Below, in pieces: positions 1 to 10,330 of a stretch of DNA of 20,000 nt (positions are counted from its first letter, which is position 1; each line of letters begins with the position of its first letter). Below the pieces are notes generated by a model that saw nothing but the letters and a program-made list of their open reading frames with translations, did not search any database and was not told where the DNA came from. A program made the translations under genes and the position numbers. The DNA lies in the NCBI GenBank assembly GCA_008632985.1, contig QPGO01000036.1:302122-322121 (forward strand). Direction: 5' to 3'. The stretch is from Psammoneis japonica (lineage: Eukaryota).

Positions 1-840
1 GACCAGGACAGAGAGTGGATTGCGACAGGAGTGTGCCATTGTCATTGGCAGATGTTGGATTGGAGAACAGGTTGTGAAGGACAGATGTGACAGAAACAGA
101 GCAAAACAAAGGGAGAGAGCTGACAAATGGAAGCAAAAGGGAGCAAATGGAGCTGTTCTCAATGAGGTGAACATGTGAACAAAACAAGCCACACAGGTGA
201 CTTCAAACGAGCAAAAAATCTTTCAATTGTTCATGAGTTAAAAGCTGTGAAGGGACAAAATCATCATCCATGTAAATTGAACAGATGTGGAAACAATCAG
301 CACAAACATGAAAATTTTGACAATTGATGAGTGCCACTCTGTCCAAGCATGGAAACATGTCACAGATGGTTGCAGCCCAGTGCACTTGCAATGTGGCATG
401 TCTTTTGTTGGGCACTGAGTCATGTGTGCAGTTGACAGGACTCAAGCCCTTCAACCTGCAACAAGGGCAGAGCTTGAAAGTGTGCACAGAGGACAGGTGA
501 AACACTTGACAGGCTGAGGCAGGACAGCCATGTCACATGCTTGGGAGGTTTGCAGATGAACCACAGAGTCCAGAGGGCATGTGTGCAGAGTGTGGGTGCT
601 TGGGAGTCATTCTTGTTGGGAGCATGTGCAAAAGTGACACCCCTGTGTTCTCTTCAGGACATCAGAGAAAACCCAAGTTTGATTGCCTGCATGCACTGCA
701 ACTGGTTGCTGGCTCTGCTTCAACTGTTGTGCACTCACCAAGCGCCATGGATCATGAAACACCACAGGGCCCCAAAGAGAAAAATGGAAAGCACGCTGTT
801 CACTCATCACGTGTGTGGAGAAGGAACTGCATCACAAATT
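1..840. other. TpA/CpG-depleted hypermutated island 1 (relic sequence, open at the window start)
   Basis: Hand count for 1-720: 2 CG and 2 TA, with none of either in 301-720. The minus-strand ORF 203..505 is Cys/His-rich with a single Tyr. Composition returns to normal over ~850-950. Confidence 0.85.
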
Positions 841-1067
841 CACAAATGGCAAACGGGAAGCAAATTAAGACTGTAGCGACTGTGCTCCGCTCAAGAATCA
901 AGAGTGGAGTGACTTTCTGCGAATGCTTGGGTTAGCAACTGCCAGTGGATTCAACAATCGCTGCAGTCGGTGCGACGAAGAACTAGCGCTTGGATTCATT
1001 GCGGGCTAGATGACAGGCTGTTCTAATCCTTAGATAGATTTTACTAACTTCTCTACAATCAGCTTGA

Positions 1068-2281
1068 TTATTTGTTCATGACTGCTTTGACAAAGGCATC
1101 GATTTCTTTCTCTAATTGCGCCTTTTCGTGCAGTCCGTTGATCAGTTGCGGCGGCAGTTTGTCTTGCCCGGCCCTGCCCCCAAGATAGCGCCAAGAATAG
1201 AGCCTCGGTGAACATTCTCACCACCAACATTAGCATTGGCAACTATGCCCGTCCAAACATCTCCAAACGGTAAGTACTTGCATATCATGTCTAGGGTGGG
1301 GGCCAAGCTACTTGACAAGTAGCACGCTGTCATTTGGTCTTGCCTCCTTGACGACGGCATGGTCCGAAGGCCAAACTTTATCGCTGTTTCTCGTAGAGAC
1401 GTTGACATGTCATCCCCTTTCTCACTGGGCTCATGCACGGAATCATAAACGAAGGCACCCCAAGAATGCCCAATACGTTCCAGTTGCTTCGATCGTCTAG
1501 TGACAGATGCTGTCTCAGCAGCGACCGCTGCTGCCTTGTCCTTGTTACCGCCACTCGCACTTGCGGCTAGCGCAGCAATCGTAGGGAGAACGAGGCCGTC
1601 AATGGTATCTACATTATGCTGGTCGTTGTCGGGGCACTGCTCTGGTGGCAACTTTTTGAAGACTAGGTTGGCGAAAAACATTCGATGGCAGGTCGATGCG
1701 TATGTGTCGTTGTGGCTGCCTGGTGTCATCATGAAATCCAGGTATGCCTTACGAAAATGGTTCGAATCAAAGACACCATTATTGGCAACGATACTTTTCA
1801 TCAGCACCCTTCCCAACTGGGCCTCCAAAGTGTTCTCTCCTCTGGCGAGTGTGGCGTGGTAATGAATTGATTTTTTCGGGTCCCACAATTCGCGCTTTCC
1901 GTGATTAATGACATCGCCGATAATGGAAATGCCGCCATTTTTCTTCGAAAACGAGCCACGTCCGCCGCCGTTGACGTTGCTTTTATTAAGAATGGAGCCC
2001 GCAAGATTCAGTTTGGGCCTTGTGTAGTCTACGATGCCTTCCGCACCATAATCTGCCCGTATTTGACGTGGTCCCCCGTAGTACCAGTGAGTCGGCGCCG
2101 CCAATGCATCACCCGCAAAGAAACCCCACAGCGCTCCCCTTATCCTCGATTCCACAAGTGCCGCAGTATTACCACCTGCACAGGTGGCGCTCGAAGACAT
2201 TATTGAATGGGAAGACGATGGACAGAGAAGTAGGAACAACGCAATTGAAAGCGCCTGAGATGATTTACCCAGCGGCTTCAT
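1068..2281 (-). CDS. ADP-ribosylglycohydrolase (DraG/ARH family) protein with an apparent 1-nt deletion near 1172-1181
   Basis: Family-like motifs RIRGALWGFFAGDALA, NTLEAQL and ANANVGGENVHRGSILGAILGA. The ORF ends at 1142, but a shifted frame continues AGQDKLPPQLINGLHEKAQLEKEIDAFVKAVMNK to TAA at 1068-1070. The span is 1214 nt, one short of a multiple of 3. Hydrophobic N-terminus (ALSIALFLLLCPSSSHS). Confidence 0.85.
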
Positions 2282-2830
2282 GCAACTTCAATCATCCAGA
2301 ATTTGAATGGCAATTTGTAGTAATTTTTCCCACTCTGATCGCCACGATCAGCGTCACTCCGACGCCATTGCCCTGGCGCCAGATCGAGGGATTGACTGAC
2401 TCATCGGAGTGGCTCAATCGCAGTGCGGACAGCAGTGATACCGGTAACCATCCACGACCACGACATGCTCCGTCAGCCGTCAGGCCTCGCACGACTCGCG
2501 GAAACTTCCCGCGCAACCCCAGTCGTATACGTGACTAACAATTCTTCGCGCGACTTCGTAGAAATGTACACAGAGCTCAGTAACAAGCTTTTTCAGTGAT
2601 GGAGGGTTGTGGTCGCGTTTCTGCAGCGAGAACGCGAAGCGATGAAACTGCGGTGAATCAACGAATTCAACGCTTTGTACTGCTCCATCAGTTCCCAAAA
2701 ACAATCAAGAAGTGACTGGTGACTGGAGAGCAACAAGACGTACTACTACAATATCAAGTCGTCCCACTCTTTGCATAGAAGCACCAAGTGTGACACGGGC
2801 AGCTTGTCAATCGACACCTCACAATACACT

Positions 2831-3745
2831 ATGACGACTACGGTTGTTGCCCAACCCCTCTATGGTGAACACAGCTTTCTTTCTCGACTCCTTTTCAGTG
2901 CGACCGACGCAAGTCCTGTCATGATTTCTAGCGATTCTTCATTTGATGCAATGTTGGTACACGATGCACCTTGTATTCCATCCATGGATGACCTTCGACC
3001 TTCACGCACAAGGGTCAAAGACGAAAAGATGCCGTCCCCGGATGAGAAAGCTGAAGCAAATACCGAACACCGTAAATCCGCTTGCAGTGGCGTACTCCAC
3101 AAAGACGCTGGGTTTGCACTAGTTGAAGCAGCTAATATACAGTTCAACTGCAACAACAGGGAAAGAGCATTTGCATTGTGGGACGAAGCGCTGCAACTGC
3201 AAAGAAAGCTACTAGGTCTGCGCCATTTAGCTGTTAGCCGCACCCTCGTAAAGAGAGGCATTGCTTATTGTAAAATTGGCTCATACTACGAAGCAATATT
3301 GGATTTGGAAAGTGCATTCCACATTCAACAACGAGAATCGCAAAAAATGGTAAACGAAAACAATCGAGTCGACGGCGAAGACCCGCTACTTTTATTGGAA
3401 ATGGCAGACACCCTTTTAAACCTCGGTAAAGCTCAACAGAGATACGGTTCCCTGGAAGAGGCCATACATAGTCTTTCGCAGTGTTCTGCTCTGACGAAGC
3501 AATACTACGGAGAAGTACACCCGAGAGTAGCAAAAGTGGAGTGCCTTATTGGAAAGTTTCACCAGCAGCAAAGGCATTTTACAAAGGCTCTGTCATCGTA
3601 CCGAAGAGGATTAGAGTTGTACAAGCAATGCGGGGTCCAAAAGCGCCATCCAGACGTAAGATGGGTGCACAAATGTCTGTCAGATCGAAGCATGGGAGCC
3701 GACCGATTGTTTTGGTCTCGGAATTGCTTAGATAATACCATATGA
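2831..3745 (+). CDS. Tetratricopeptide-repeat (TPR, kinesin-light-chain-like) protein
   Basis: First ATG at 2831. Helical repeats such as AFALWDEALQLQRKLLGLRHLAVSRTLVKRGIAY, MADTLLNLGKAQQRYGSLEEAIHSL and YGEVHPRVAKVECLIGKFHQQQRHFTKALSSYRRGL. Confidence 0.8.
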   Translation: MTTTVVAQPLYGEHSFLSRLLFSATDASPVMISSDSSFDAMLVHDAPCIPSMDDLRPSRTRVKDEKMPSPDEKAEANTEHRKSACSGVLHKDAGFALVEAANIQFNCNNRERAFALWDEALQLQRKLLGLRHLAVSRTLVKRGIAYCKIGSYYEAILDLESAFHIQQRESQKMVNENNRVDGEDPLLLLEMADTLLNLGKAQQRYGSLEEAIHSLSQCSALTKQYYGEVHPRVAKVECLIGKFHQQQRHFTKALSSYRRGLELYKQCGVQKRHPDVRWVHKCLSDRSMGADRLFWSRNCLDNTI

Positions 3746-3875
3746 CTCTGTGTGCTACGCGCTACAGTGACACGACGATAGAGAGCGACAGTTACATGCT
3801 AACTTTACAACAATAGAGCACTGCTTTACGAGAATAGCGAACTCCCCACATGTCTACTCGGTCGCGGAGAAATGC

Positions 3876-4040
3876 AACGAAATAATAGGTGTGACTTGTT
3901 GCTTGAGCTTAGAATTGAGATTAATGGATTTTAATTTGTGCTCGAACGCTCTCAACAACGACTAATAGGTGTGACTTGTTGCTTGAGTTAGAATTGAGCT
4001 TAATGGGTTAAGGTGTGTTCAAACGCTCTCAACAACGACT
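3876..4040 (+). repeat. Tandem direct repeat, two diverged ~80-bp copies
   Basis: taataggtgtgacttgttgcttgag...aacgctctcaacaacgac begins at 3883 and again at 3963. Confidence 0.9.
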
Positions 4041-4547
4041 TTAGATCTCGCGTCGGAGATGCGAGGAAGCAAGAATCCCCTCCTGCGTGAAAGCATCATT
4101 CGTCGCCACGATTACGTTGCACCGATTGATGAGTGGTGCACGCGTACACTATTCCCCGGTAAAATTGAGGATGCATACGCACTCTTTGGTAGTTTTCTCC
4201 CCACCTAGTGTACGAACAATTCTTGTTGATACACGATGCTTGTGAAGACTTGGCAGAATCGTTTGAAGCCTCGGATCGAGCAATCATCAGTAGTAGTGAG
4301 GACCTGGATGAGTACGTGGACGAGCCGAACTGACGTGACAGCACTGCAACATACCGGTAGGCAAAGATGAATGCTGATGTGGAGGAGCGTAGCATTCTTA
4401 GCATATCTTTTGACGAAAAGTGAGTGGGTTTATGCATCAGAAGATGAAGATGATTCCGATTCCACGGAACTGATCGGGCTCGGGGCTGCAGCATGTGCGG
4501 GCTTTCCTATTTGATGAACGAACGCAGACCCGACAATGTCGTCGCGT

Positions 4548-5714
4548 TCATTGCATTTCTTTCAGAAATTCAAGAGCCGTTTCGAAGGACATCTTGTCTC
4601 TGGGTATGTCGGAACGGGTTTCCAAAAAAGCATTCCAGTCCTCCATAAAGTGCTCAAAAGTCAAATGTTCGCGTTCAGCATCTGTAAACAACACGTTGTA
4701 GCACCTCATCATATCCAACAGCCCCTGCTTGCTAGAGCAAGCATAACCCTCGTCTTCTTGCATCCAGTCGATCTTCAAACGTGCTTCTCGTATCGGAGTC
4801 AACATGGGATTTGATGACTGAAACCAGTGATTGTTGCAGCTTTGGATGTGCTGATGCACTAGATCCCGGTCCAAAGCACTTGCGGCAGTTTGCTTTTCAC
4901 AAATCAAAACACTCACATGTTTTCTATAGTTTGAACTCGGGTCGAAAGTACCAGAGGACCATACGGAAGGCATGGTAGCTGGAGCGTCTATATGATCCTG
5001 ACTATCATTTGAAGGTGACGAAGCTTCCAGTGCTGGGGCGAGATTTTGATGAACACCTGTTGCTTTTTCGTTTTCACTTTCGGGGTCCAAGTCACCGCCA
5101 GACGAAACTGAAGCTTCCACTATTCTTGGCATGGCGTAATACCCGACTGTCCATGTAGCCCCTGGGCAGTCTTTGAGTATTCGAGAAATGAAGTTGTAAT
5201 CATGAAACGATACTACAACATAGATACCACCCACCTTCAGACTGTCATGGGCCAAGCACAACAGCCCGGCCGCGGCATCATCGTTGGAACACATGACAAA
5301 ATCTAAGGTCGATTTGTCCACCGCCAAATCAAAGTACTCGCTTGGTATCTGCTCTACTACTATGCTTTCGCTGAAATCCATCCTCACAAACTCCATCTTG
5401 CGGCTCGCTTCTTTATCTCCGTTGAGTCTTCTTCCCCATCGATTCTCTATTCTGTCAAGGGCGTCAGCATCTCGATCCACATTGACAACATGACTGAAAC
5501 CCAATTCCTGAATTAAAACTTCTCCCAAGACTGAGTCGCCGCATCCAAGGTGCAGTGCCGATCTCTCCATATCACACGCATTCTCCGGCCGAGACAACCC
5601 ACAGATTCTCGGCTTCAGCAGGGCTCCTAAACTTTCTGCGCTTGTAAGCCATTCAAAAGGGCATTCGGTATCTTTTGACGTCCGGCTTGTATTTGTGGCT
5701 GATTTCCTAGCCAT
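4548..5714 (-). CDS. Class I SAM-dependent methyltransferase, EEF1AKMT4/METTL13-like
   Basis: 388-aa ORF with FEWL, motif I LHLGCGDSVLG, post-I VNVD, motif II FDLAVDKSTLDFVMC, and LKVGGIYVVVSFH. Confidence 0.8.
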   Translation of the reverse strand: MARKSATNTSRTSKDTECPFEWLTSAESLGALLKPRICGLSRPENACDMERSALHLGCGDSVLGEVLIQELGFSHVVNVDRDADALDRIENRWGRRLNGDKEASRKMEFVRMDFSESIVVEQIPSEYFDLAVDKSTLDFVMCSNDDAAAGLLCLAHDSLKVGGIYVVVSFHDYNFISRILKDCPGATWTVGYYAMPRIVEASVSSGGDLDPESENEKATGVHQNLAPALEASSPSNDSQDHIDAPATMPSVWSSGTFDPSSNYRKHVSVLICEKQTAASALDRDLVHQHIQSCNNHWFQSSNPMLTPIREARLKIDWMQEDEGYACSSKQGLLDMMRCYNVLFTDAEREHLTFEHFMEDWNAFLETRSDIPRDKMSFETALEFLKEMQ

Positions 5715-6033
5715 GATACTTATCCATGGGGGACTGAGGAAACATCATCAAAAGTACGGAGAAGTTCGTGAAAGCATCATGGCGAACGAACCCAGAACGC
5801 TGAACGCTCGCCGTTATCATATTTGGTTTGAGTTGCCGCCGACACGTGGCGCGTGCGCATGGCTTTCGCTCGTACGTCGCTCGTCGCCCATTTTTCATGG
5901 TATTTTGTCTGTCCACCCACCCGGCAGAACAGCATATTACAGTACAAGTATGCCCGATGCACGATGACGAAGGCACTAACTGCCGACGCTCAATAAGCGC
6001 TATCTTCGACTTTCTTTCCAAAGCGACACGACA
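5715..6033. promoter_or_regulatory. Probable bidirectional promoter containing a G-box
   Basis: 319-bp gap between divergent ATGs (5714 on minus, 6034 on plus). GACACGTGGC at 5841-5850. Function is inferred only. Confidence 0.4.
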
Positions 6034-6792
6034 ATGGCCACAGTCTCATCTACGAGTCCAGACTTACCAGTCATTATAATTGGCGTTGCAGGCGGCTCGG
6101 GTTCAGGAAAAACGACCTTGACGAAGCGAATCCAACAAGAGCTAGGCGATGAAAATGTGGCGTACTTGCTCCATGACAGTTATTACAAAGGTGGGCGCAA
6201 AGAAGCGACGAAACAAGCTATAGAATTTCACAAATAGCTCTTATGCACTGCCTTACCCTTGTTCTGTGTCGTATCTTTACTTGTAGACATCACACACCTG
6301 CCGATTGAGGAAAGAGCAAAAACAAACTTCGATCATCCTGATTCACTAGATACGGAATTGTTGGTTACGCATATTTGCGCCTTGAAGCGAGGACTATCTG
6401 TAGACGTCCCACAATACGACTTTACAACGCACAGTCGAACCCCAGTTACCACACCGATTGCCCCCAAGAAGATAATTTTGGTCGAGGGCATACTTATATT
6501 TTCAAACCCAGATCTGGTCAAAAATATAGATTTGAAAGTCTTTGTTAATACCCAGGCCGACGTTCGATTCATGCGTCGGCTAAAGAGAGACATGGAGTCA
6601 CGTGGTCGAACATTTGATGAAGTCGTAAGACAGTATAATGAAACTGTTCGACCCATGCACGACCAATATGTTGAACCGTCGAAACACAACGCGGATGTGA
6701 CTGTGAACAACTCCGATGGGAACTACGCAAGCATGAAGATGACTGTGAGAATGATTACGAATCACTTGCGTGTCGAAGCAGGCTTACTCTAG
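6034..6792 (+). CDS. udk: Uridine/cytidine kinase; exons 6034-6190 and 6287-6792
   Basis: P-loop [14 protein letters not shown], then HDSYYK^DITH across a GT...TAG intron (6191-6286, phase 1), [31 protein letters not shown] and [13 protein letters not shown]. Confidence 0.93.
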
Positions 6793-6919
6793 AGGCTGTT
6801 GAAAAGCCTAAGGTATTCCACTGGGACTACCTGAACCTGTACAGCAATGTTGGATTTACTTTTTGTTCGTCCATGCGATGACAGTCACTTAGTTTTGCAC
6901 AGATTACTAATTCAGCCCT

Positions 6920-7972
6920 TTAAAAGCATTCAAAGATGTCATCTGGAGGTTGAATATCAGAACTTGAAGGGTCGGGGAACCAGCAGAAATCAATTTTTCG
7001 CAAGGCCTGTAGTCTTTCGTCGTTAATTCCGGAAACGGTAATGTTGTGGGTGGTGCCGTGATGATGAACTGAATGTACATATTCACGACACGTATGCCTC
7101 TGATGCCGCACCCAGGATCCTAGCTCGGGGTTCGCATCGTATTGCTGGGGGACGTTACAATGCCCATACTTCTTGTTGAATACAACCAATTCTCCAAACA
7201 TCCTCCACCATTTGTCACGTTTAGGTGCCCAAGAAAATCCCACAACATTCAACAGCTCTATTTGCTCACTCGTTAAAGGCTTGTGAGGTGCTTTTGATGT
7301 CGGACTGTTCGATTCCCTATATCTGCGCCGTTGTTCAGACACCCATCTCCCTAACGCAGGGTTCTTACTGTACGTCGACGGAACTAGCGCATGGCCGTGT
7401 TGTTCTCGGAACTCTACAAGTTGGTGAAAGCGGATTTGCCAGTTGGCACGATGCATGTTCCATTCAAAACCCAACGATCTCAATTTCTCAATCCGTTCTT
7501 GGGTCAAGTAGGGCAATCCACGTGAGTACTGTGCACGCTGATTTCTAACCCAATCGGCGAGCTCCTTGTACTCTGTACAACCAAAGGTCGGCTGAGGCAC
7601 ATGGCAGTGTCCATGCTTTTCCTTGTACGCGCGTAACTCTTCAAACCTCTCATTCCACCGTTGTGTAGCATAATTGGTCACGTCTTGCCGTTTTTTTTCT
7701 TCTTTTGGAATGACGCTCGTCCACGGCGTTGTGTCTGCTCTCGAACGACTAGAAGCAAACCCAACACTAGTGTCGTTTGAAACAGAAAAGGGTGGTATTG
7801 AATAGGATACCATTTGCAAACGAGAGTCTGTGTCTCTTCTATGGCGCTTGAAATTCCGACGACCCATGGCAATGGACGCATCCAAAGGCCTGCCTCCTCT
7901 AGACAACATCCAAGCGGTGCATGTTGTCAAAACGAGCGAGGTCACAGTGACTACAACCGGAAAGTTTACCAT
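6920..7972 (-). CDS. Helicase-associated (HA, PF03457-type) domain protein with three HA repeats
   Basis: Three repeats of W..RF.EL..F...HGH..VP...L..WV..QR...L..L.F.W, e.g. WNERFEELRAYKEKHGHCHVPQ...LTQERIEKLRSLGFEW. Hydrophobic N-terminus. Confidence 0.88.
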   Translation of the reverse strand: MVNFPVVVTVTSLVLTTCTAWMLSRGGRPLDASIAMGRRNFKRHRRDTDSRLQMVSYSIPPFSVSNDTSVGFASSRSRADTTPWTSVIPKEEKKRQDVTNYATQRWNERFEELRAYKEKHGHCHVPQPTFGCTEYKELADWVRNQRAQYSRGLPYLTQERIEKLRSLGFEWNMHRANWQIRFHQLVEFREQHGHALVPSTYSKNPALGRWVSEQRRRYRESNSPTSKAPHKPLTSEQIELLNVVGFSWAPKRDKWWRMFGELVVFNKKYGHCNVPQQYDANPELGSWVRHQRHTCREYVHSVHHHGTTHNITVSGINDERLQALRKIDFCWFPDPSSSDIQPPDDIFECF

Positions 7973-8519
7973 GGCTTGAGTCGATTTTCACACCTCTCGA
8001 ACGTGTAATCTTTTCGCCGTATCAAATACCATTTTCACTAGCTAGGACAAGAACATCAAGAAATGCAGTGGCATTCGTTTGCTCTGACTCACTGTCCCTC
8101 CATCATCGCATCCGCACAGTGATCCCCGATGTAGAACAAGAATTGGGTCATGCGTGACGTCGATCCGCCACCACAAAAAGACGTCACTGTTTTTTACCGG
8201 TATTTGGCGGGAAGAATAAAAACGGGGTGACGTGTTGATGTTGAGGTCGCGGATGCCGATACCGTAGATGTCAAAGACGATGGATACAGTGCCGTGTCTA
8301 TTGTGTATGATACGAACGACGAGCTGGAGGAGCTGGGCAGCTTTAACTCAAGGAGTTTGCTCCGACGTCGCCGCTGCATGACACCAATAAACGAGGTGCT
8401 TTTGGAATTGCGGGGCGCGACTTGGTTGGCATTGGCAACTTTGTTTGCGCTGTTTTAGGTGTGCTTGTGATTACGAGGAGATTGTCTGAATCTTGGATTG
8501 TAGTGTTTCTCTGCCGAAG

Positions 8520-9780
8520 ATGGGTTTTCTCCCACATCGACAGACGCTGTTCTTTTGGTTGATCTTGGTGCATGCTGCTACCGCTTTTGGAGATATCCCA
8601 TCAATAGCTCGTTTGCCACGAAAAGTTTTGGTTACTGGAGCAGGTAGGGGGGAAGGCATAGGCGCGAATGGCGGCGAAATGTCAGTGTTTCTTACACTCG
8701 AGAAACTTTTTTCATTCTTTTTTTAGCCGGGCGCACGGGTATGCTGGTTTTTAATTCGCTCACGGAAGACCCTCGCTATACACCAGTGGCCATGGTCAGA
8801 ACAGAATCAAGCGCAAAAAAGTTTATGAGAGTTTCCAAATGCGGATTAGATCAAGTAATGGTGGGCGACGTTACAAAAATGGAGATAGACCAGGAAGAGA
8901 CATTGCCGAGTGGATTGGATGGCACTTTCGCCATGATTATTTGTACTTCCAGTATGCCTTTCTTGAGCAAAAGATCTCTACTCAAAGCATTCTGCAAGGT
9001 ACCCTTCAATGTGTTGAGAAGAAAAAAAGCGCTGGACTTTCGAACATTACGTTTTAAATTCAGGAAGGGACAGTATCCCGAGAAGGTTGACTACGAAGGC
9101 CAAAAAGTACAAATCGATCTCGCGAAGAAGCTTGATATGAAGCATGTCGTACTCGTCAGGTAGAGAAGATATGCATTGTTGTGAATCACTCGCACAGCTC
9201 AATTGAAATGTAACTTGCTTGTTTCCTTTCCTTTTCGCTTGTGTCAATCAAACATTCCCTGTGCCACAGCTCAATGGGTGGTACAGATCCCAACAATTTT
9301 CTTAACTCGGTTGGAAAGAAAGCAGATGGCACTGGCAATGGGGACATCTTGCTGTGGAAACGAAAGGCGGAAAGGTATCTTGTAGAGGTACGTAAGATCC
9401 GTTTTCTGCAGTTGTGCCTTGTCATTCTCTCCTAATGTTCTGCCACTTGCGCTTTGTCTTTCTATCATGTTGCCCATCTTTAATATAAAAAGAGTGGACT
9501 TCATTATACAATAATTCACCCAGCTGGATTGGTCGATACACCACCCGGGAAGGAAGAGTATGTTTTAGACGTGAATGACAAGCTATTTGAAAGCTCCAAA
9601 CGAAGTATTGGGCGTGCCGACGTTGCCAACTTGTGTGTGGCATCTTTGGCCTTCGATCAAGATCTATCCTTTGACTGCATAACAAGAGTTCCGCTAGATT
9701 CCAAGCCATTACCAGATTCAGCAGAGAAGGCGATTGCTAGCTTCCTCAGAAGTGGCAAGACAACAGACTATTCCCGATGA
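8520..9780 (+). CDS. NAD(P)-binding Rossmann-fold protein (atypical SDR, NAD_binding_10 / At5g02240-like), probably plastid-directed; exons 8520-8643, 8727-9159, 9270-9387, 9493-9780
   Basis: Splicing at GT-AG sites yields VLVTGA^AGRTG (GxxGxxG), YPEKVDYEGQKVQIDLAK, VVLVS^SMGGTDPNNFLN, ILLWKRKAERYLVE^SGLHYTIIHPAGL and SIGRADVA. The signal peptide ends at AATA-F. Confidence 0.88.
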
Positions 9781-9980
9781 ATCCTCACTTACTCCAGTAG
9801 TCATTGAAGCCGTATCGGAATTCATCCATAATGTCACTATGCAATAGAGTTGACCTTAAGCCTAACCTGCCCAAGCCCATTGATAGGATTAGAGAAAGGC
9901 GACTGGCTTCCGGAATATCGGTAAAGATTTCATGCTCGTGGCTGGTTAACGACAAGCCCATAGCCCAATCTCTTTGTCTG

Positions 9981-10117
9981 ACTTCGAGCCAAAGTAAGCT
10001 AAATGGTTAGTGTAAATCGTTAAGTGTCATTTCCACTTCGACACAAAGAAAGCTAAATGGTTAGTGTAAATCGTTAAGTGTCATTTCCACTTCCATACAA
10101 AGACAGCTAAATGCTTA
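9981..10117 (+). repeat. 54-bp tandem repeat, ~2.5 copies
   Basis: aagctaaatggttagtgtaaatcgttaagtgtcatttccacttc at 9996 and 10050, with a partial copy cagctaaatg at 10104 and acttcg at both 9981 and 10035. Confidence 0.9.
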
Positions 10118-10330
10118 ACGGTAGTGGTCAGATTTCAAAATCTGAGCAATACAGAAATGTCAATGATGAATAAGGATTTTAGATTGCTTCTGCCGTAAAT
10201 ATCATTACGCCAATGCCACTAATGAATACACAAATGAATTTGTATTCCATCCTTTTCCTGAACTTTGATCTATCGGCATTTTCGATACGAGTGCTCGACG
10301 CGATGACAATGAGGCATGCTTGTATGTGTC

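Noticed and set aside
2292..2704. Short minus-strand ORFs upstream of the ADP-ribosylglycohydrolase
   Set aside because: Non-ATG starts and no recognisable motifs. They lie in a divergent promoter region.
9981..10117. CRISPR array (also considered for 3876-4040)
   Set aside because: The repeats are head-to-tail with no unique spacers, the context is eukaryotic and there are no cas genes.
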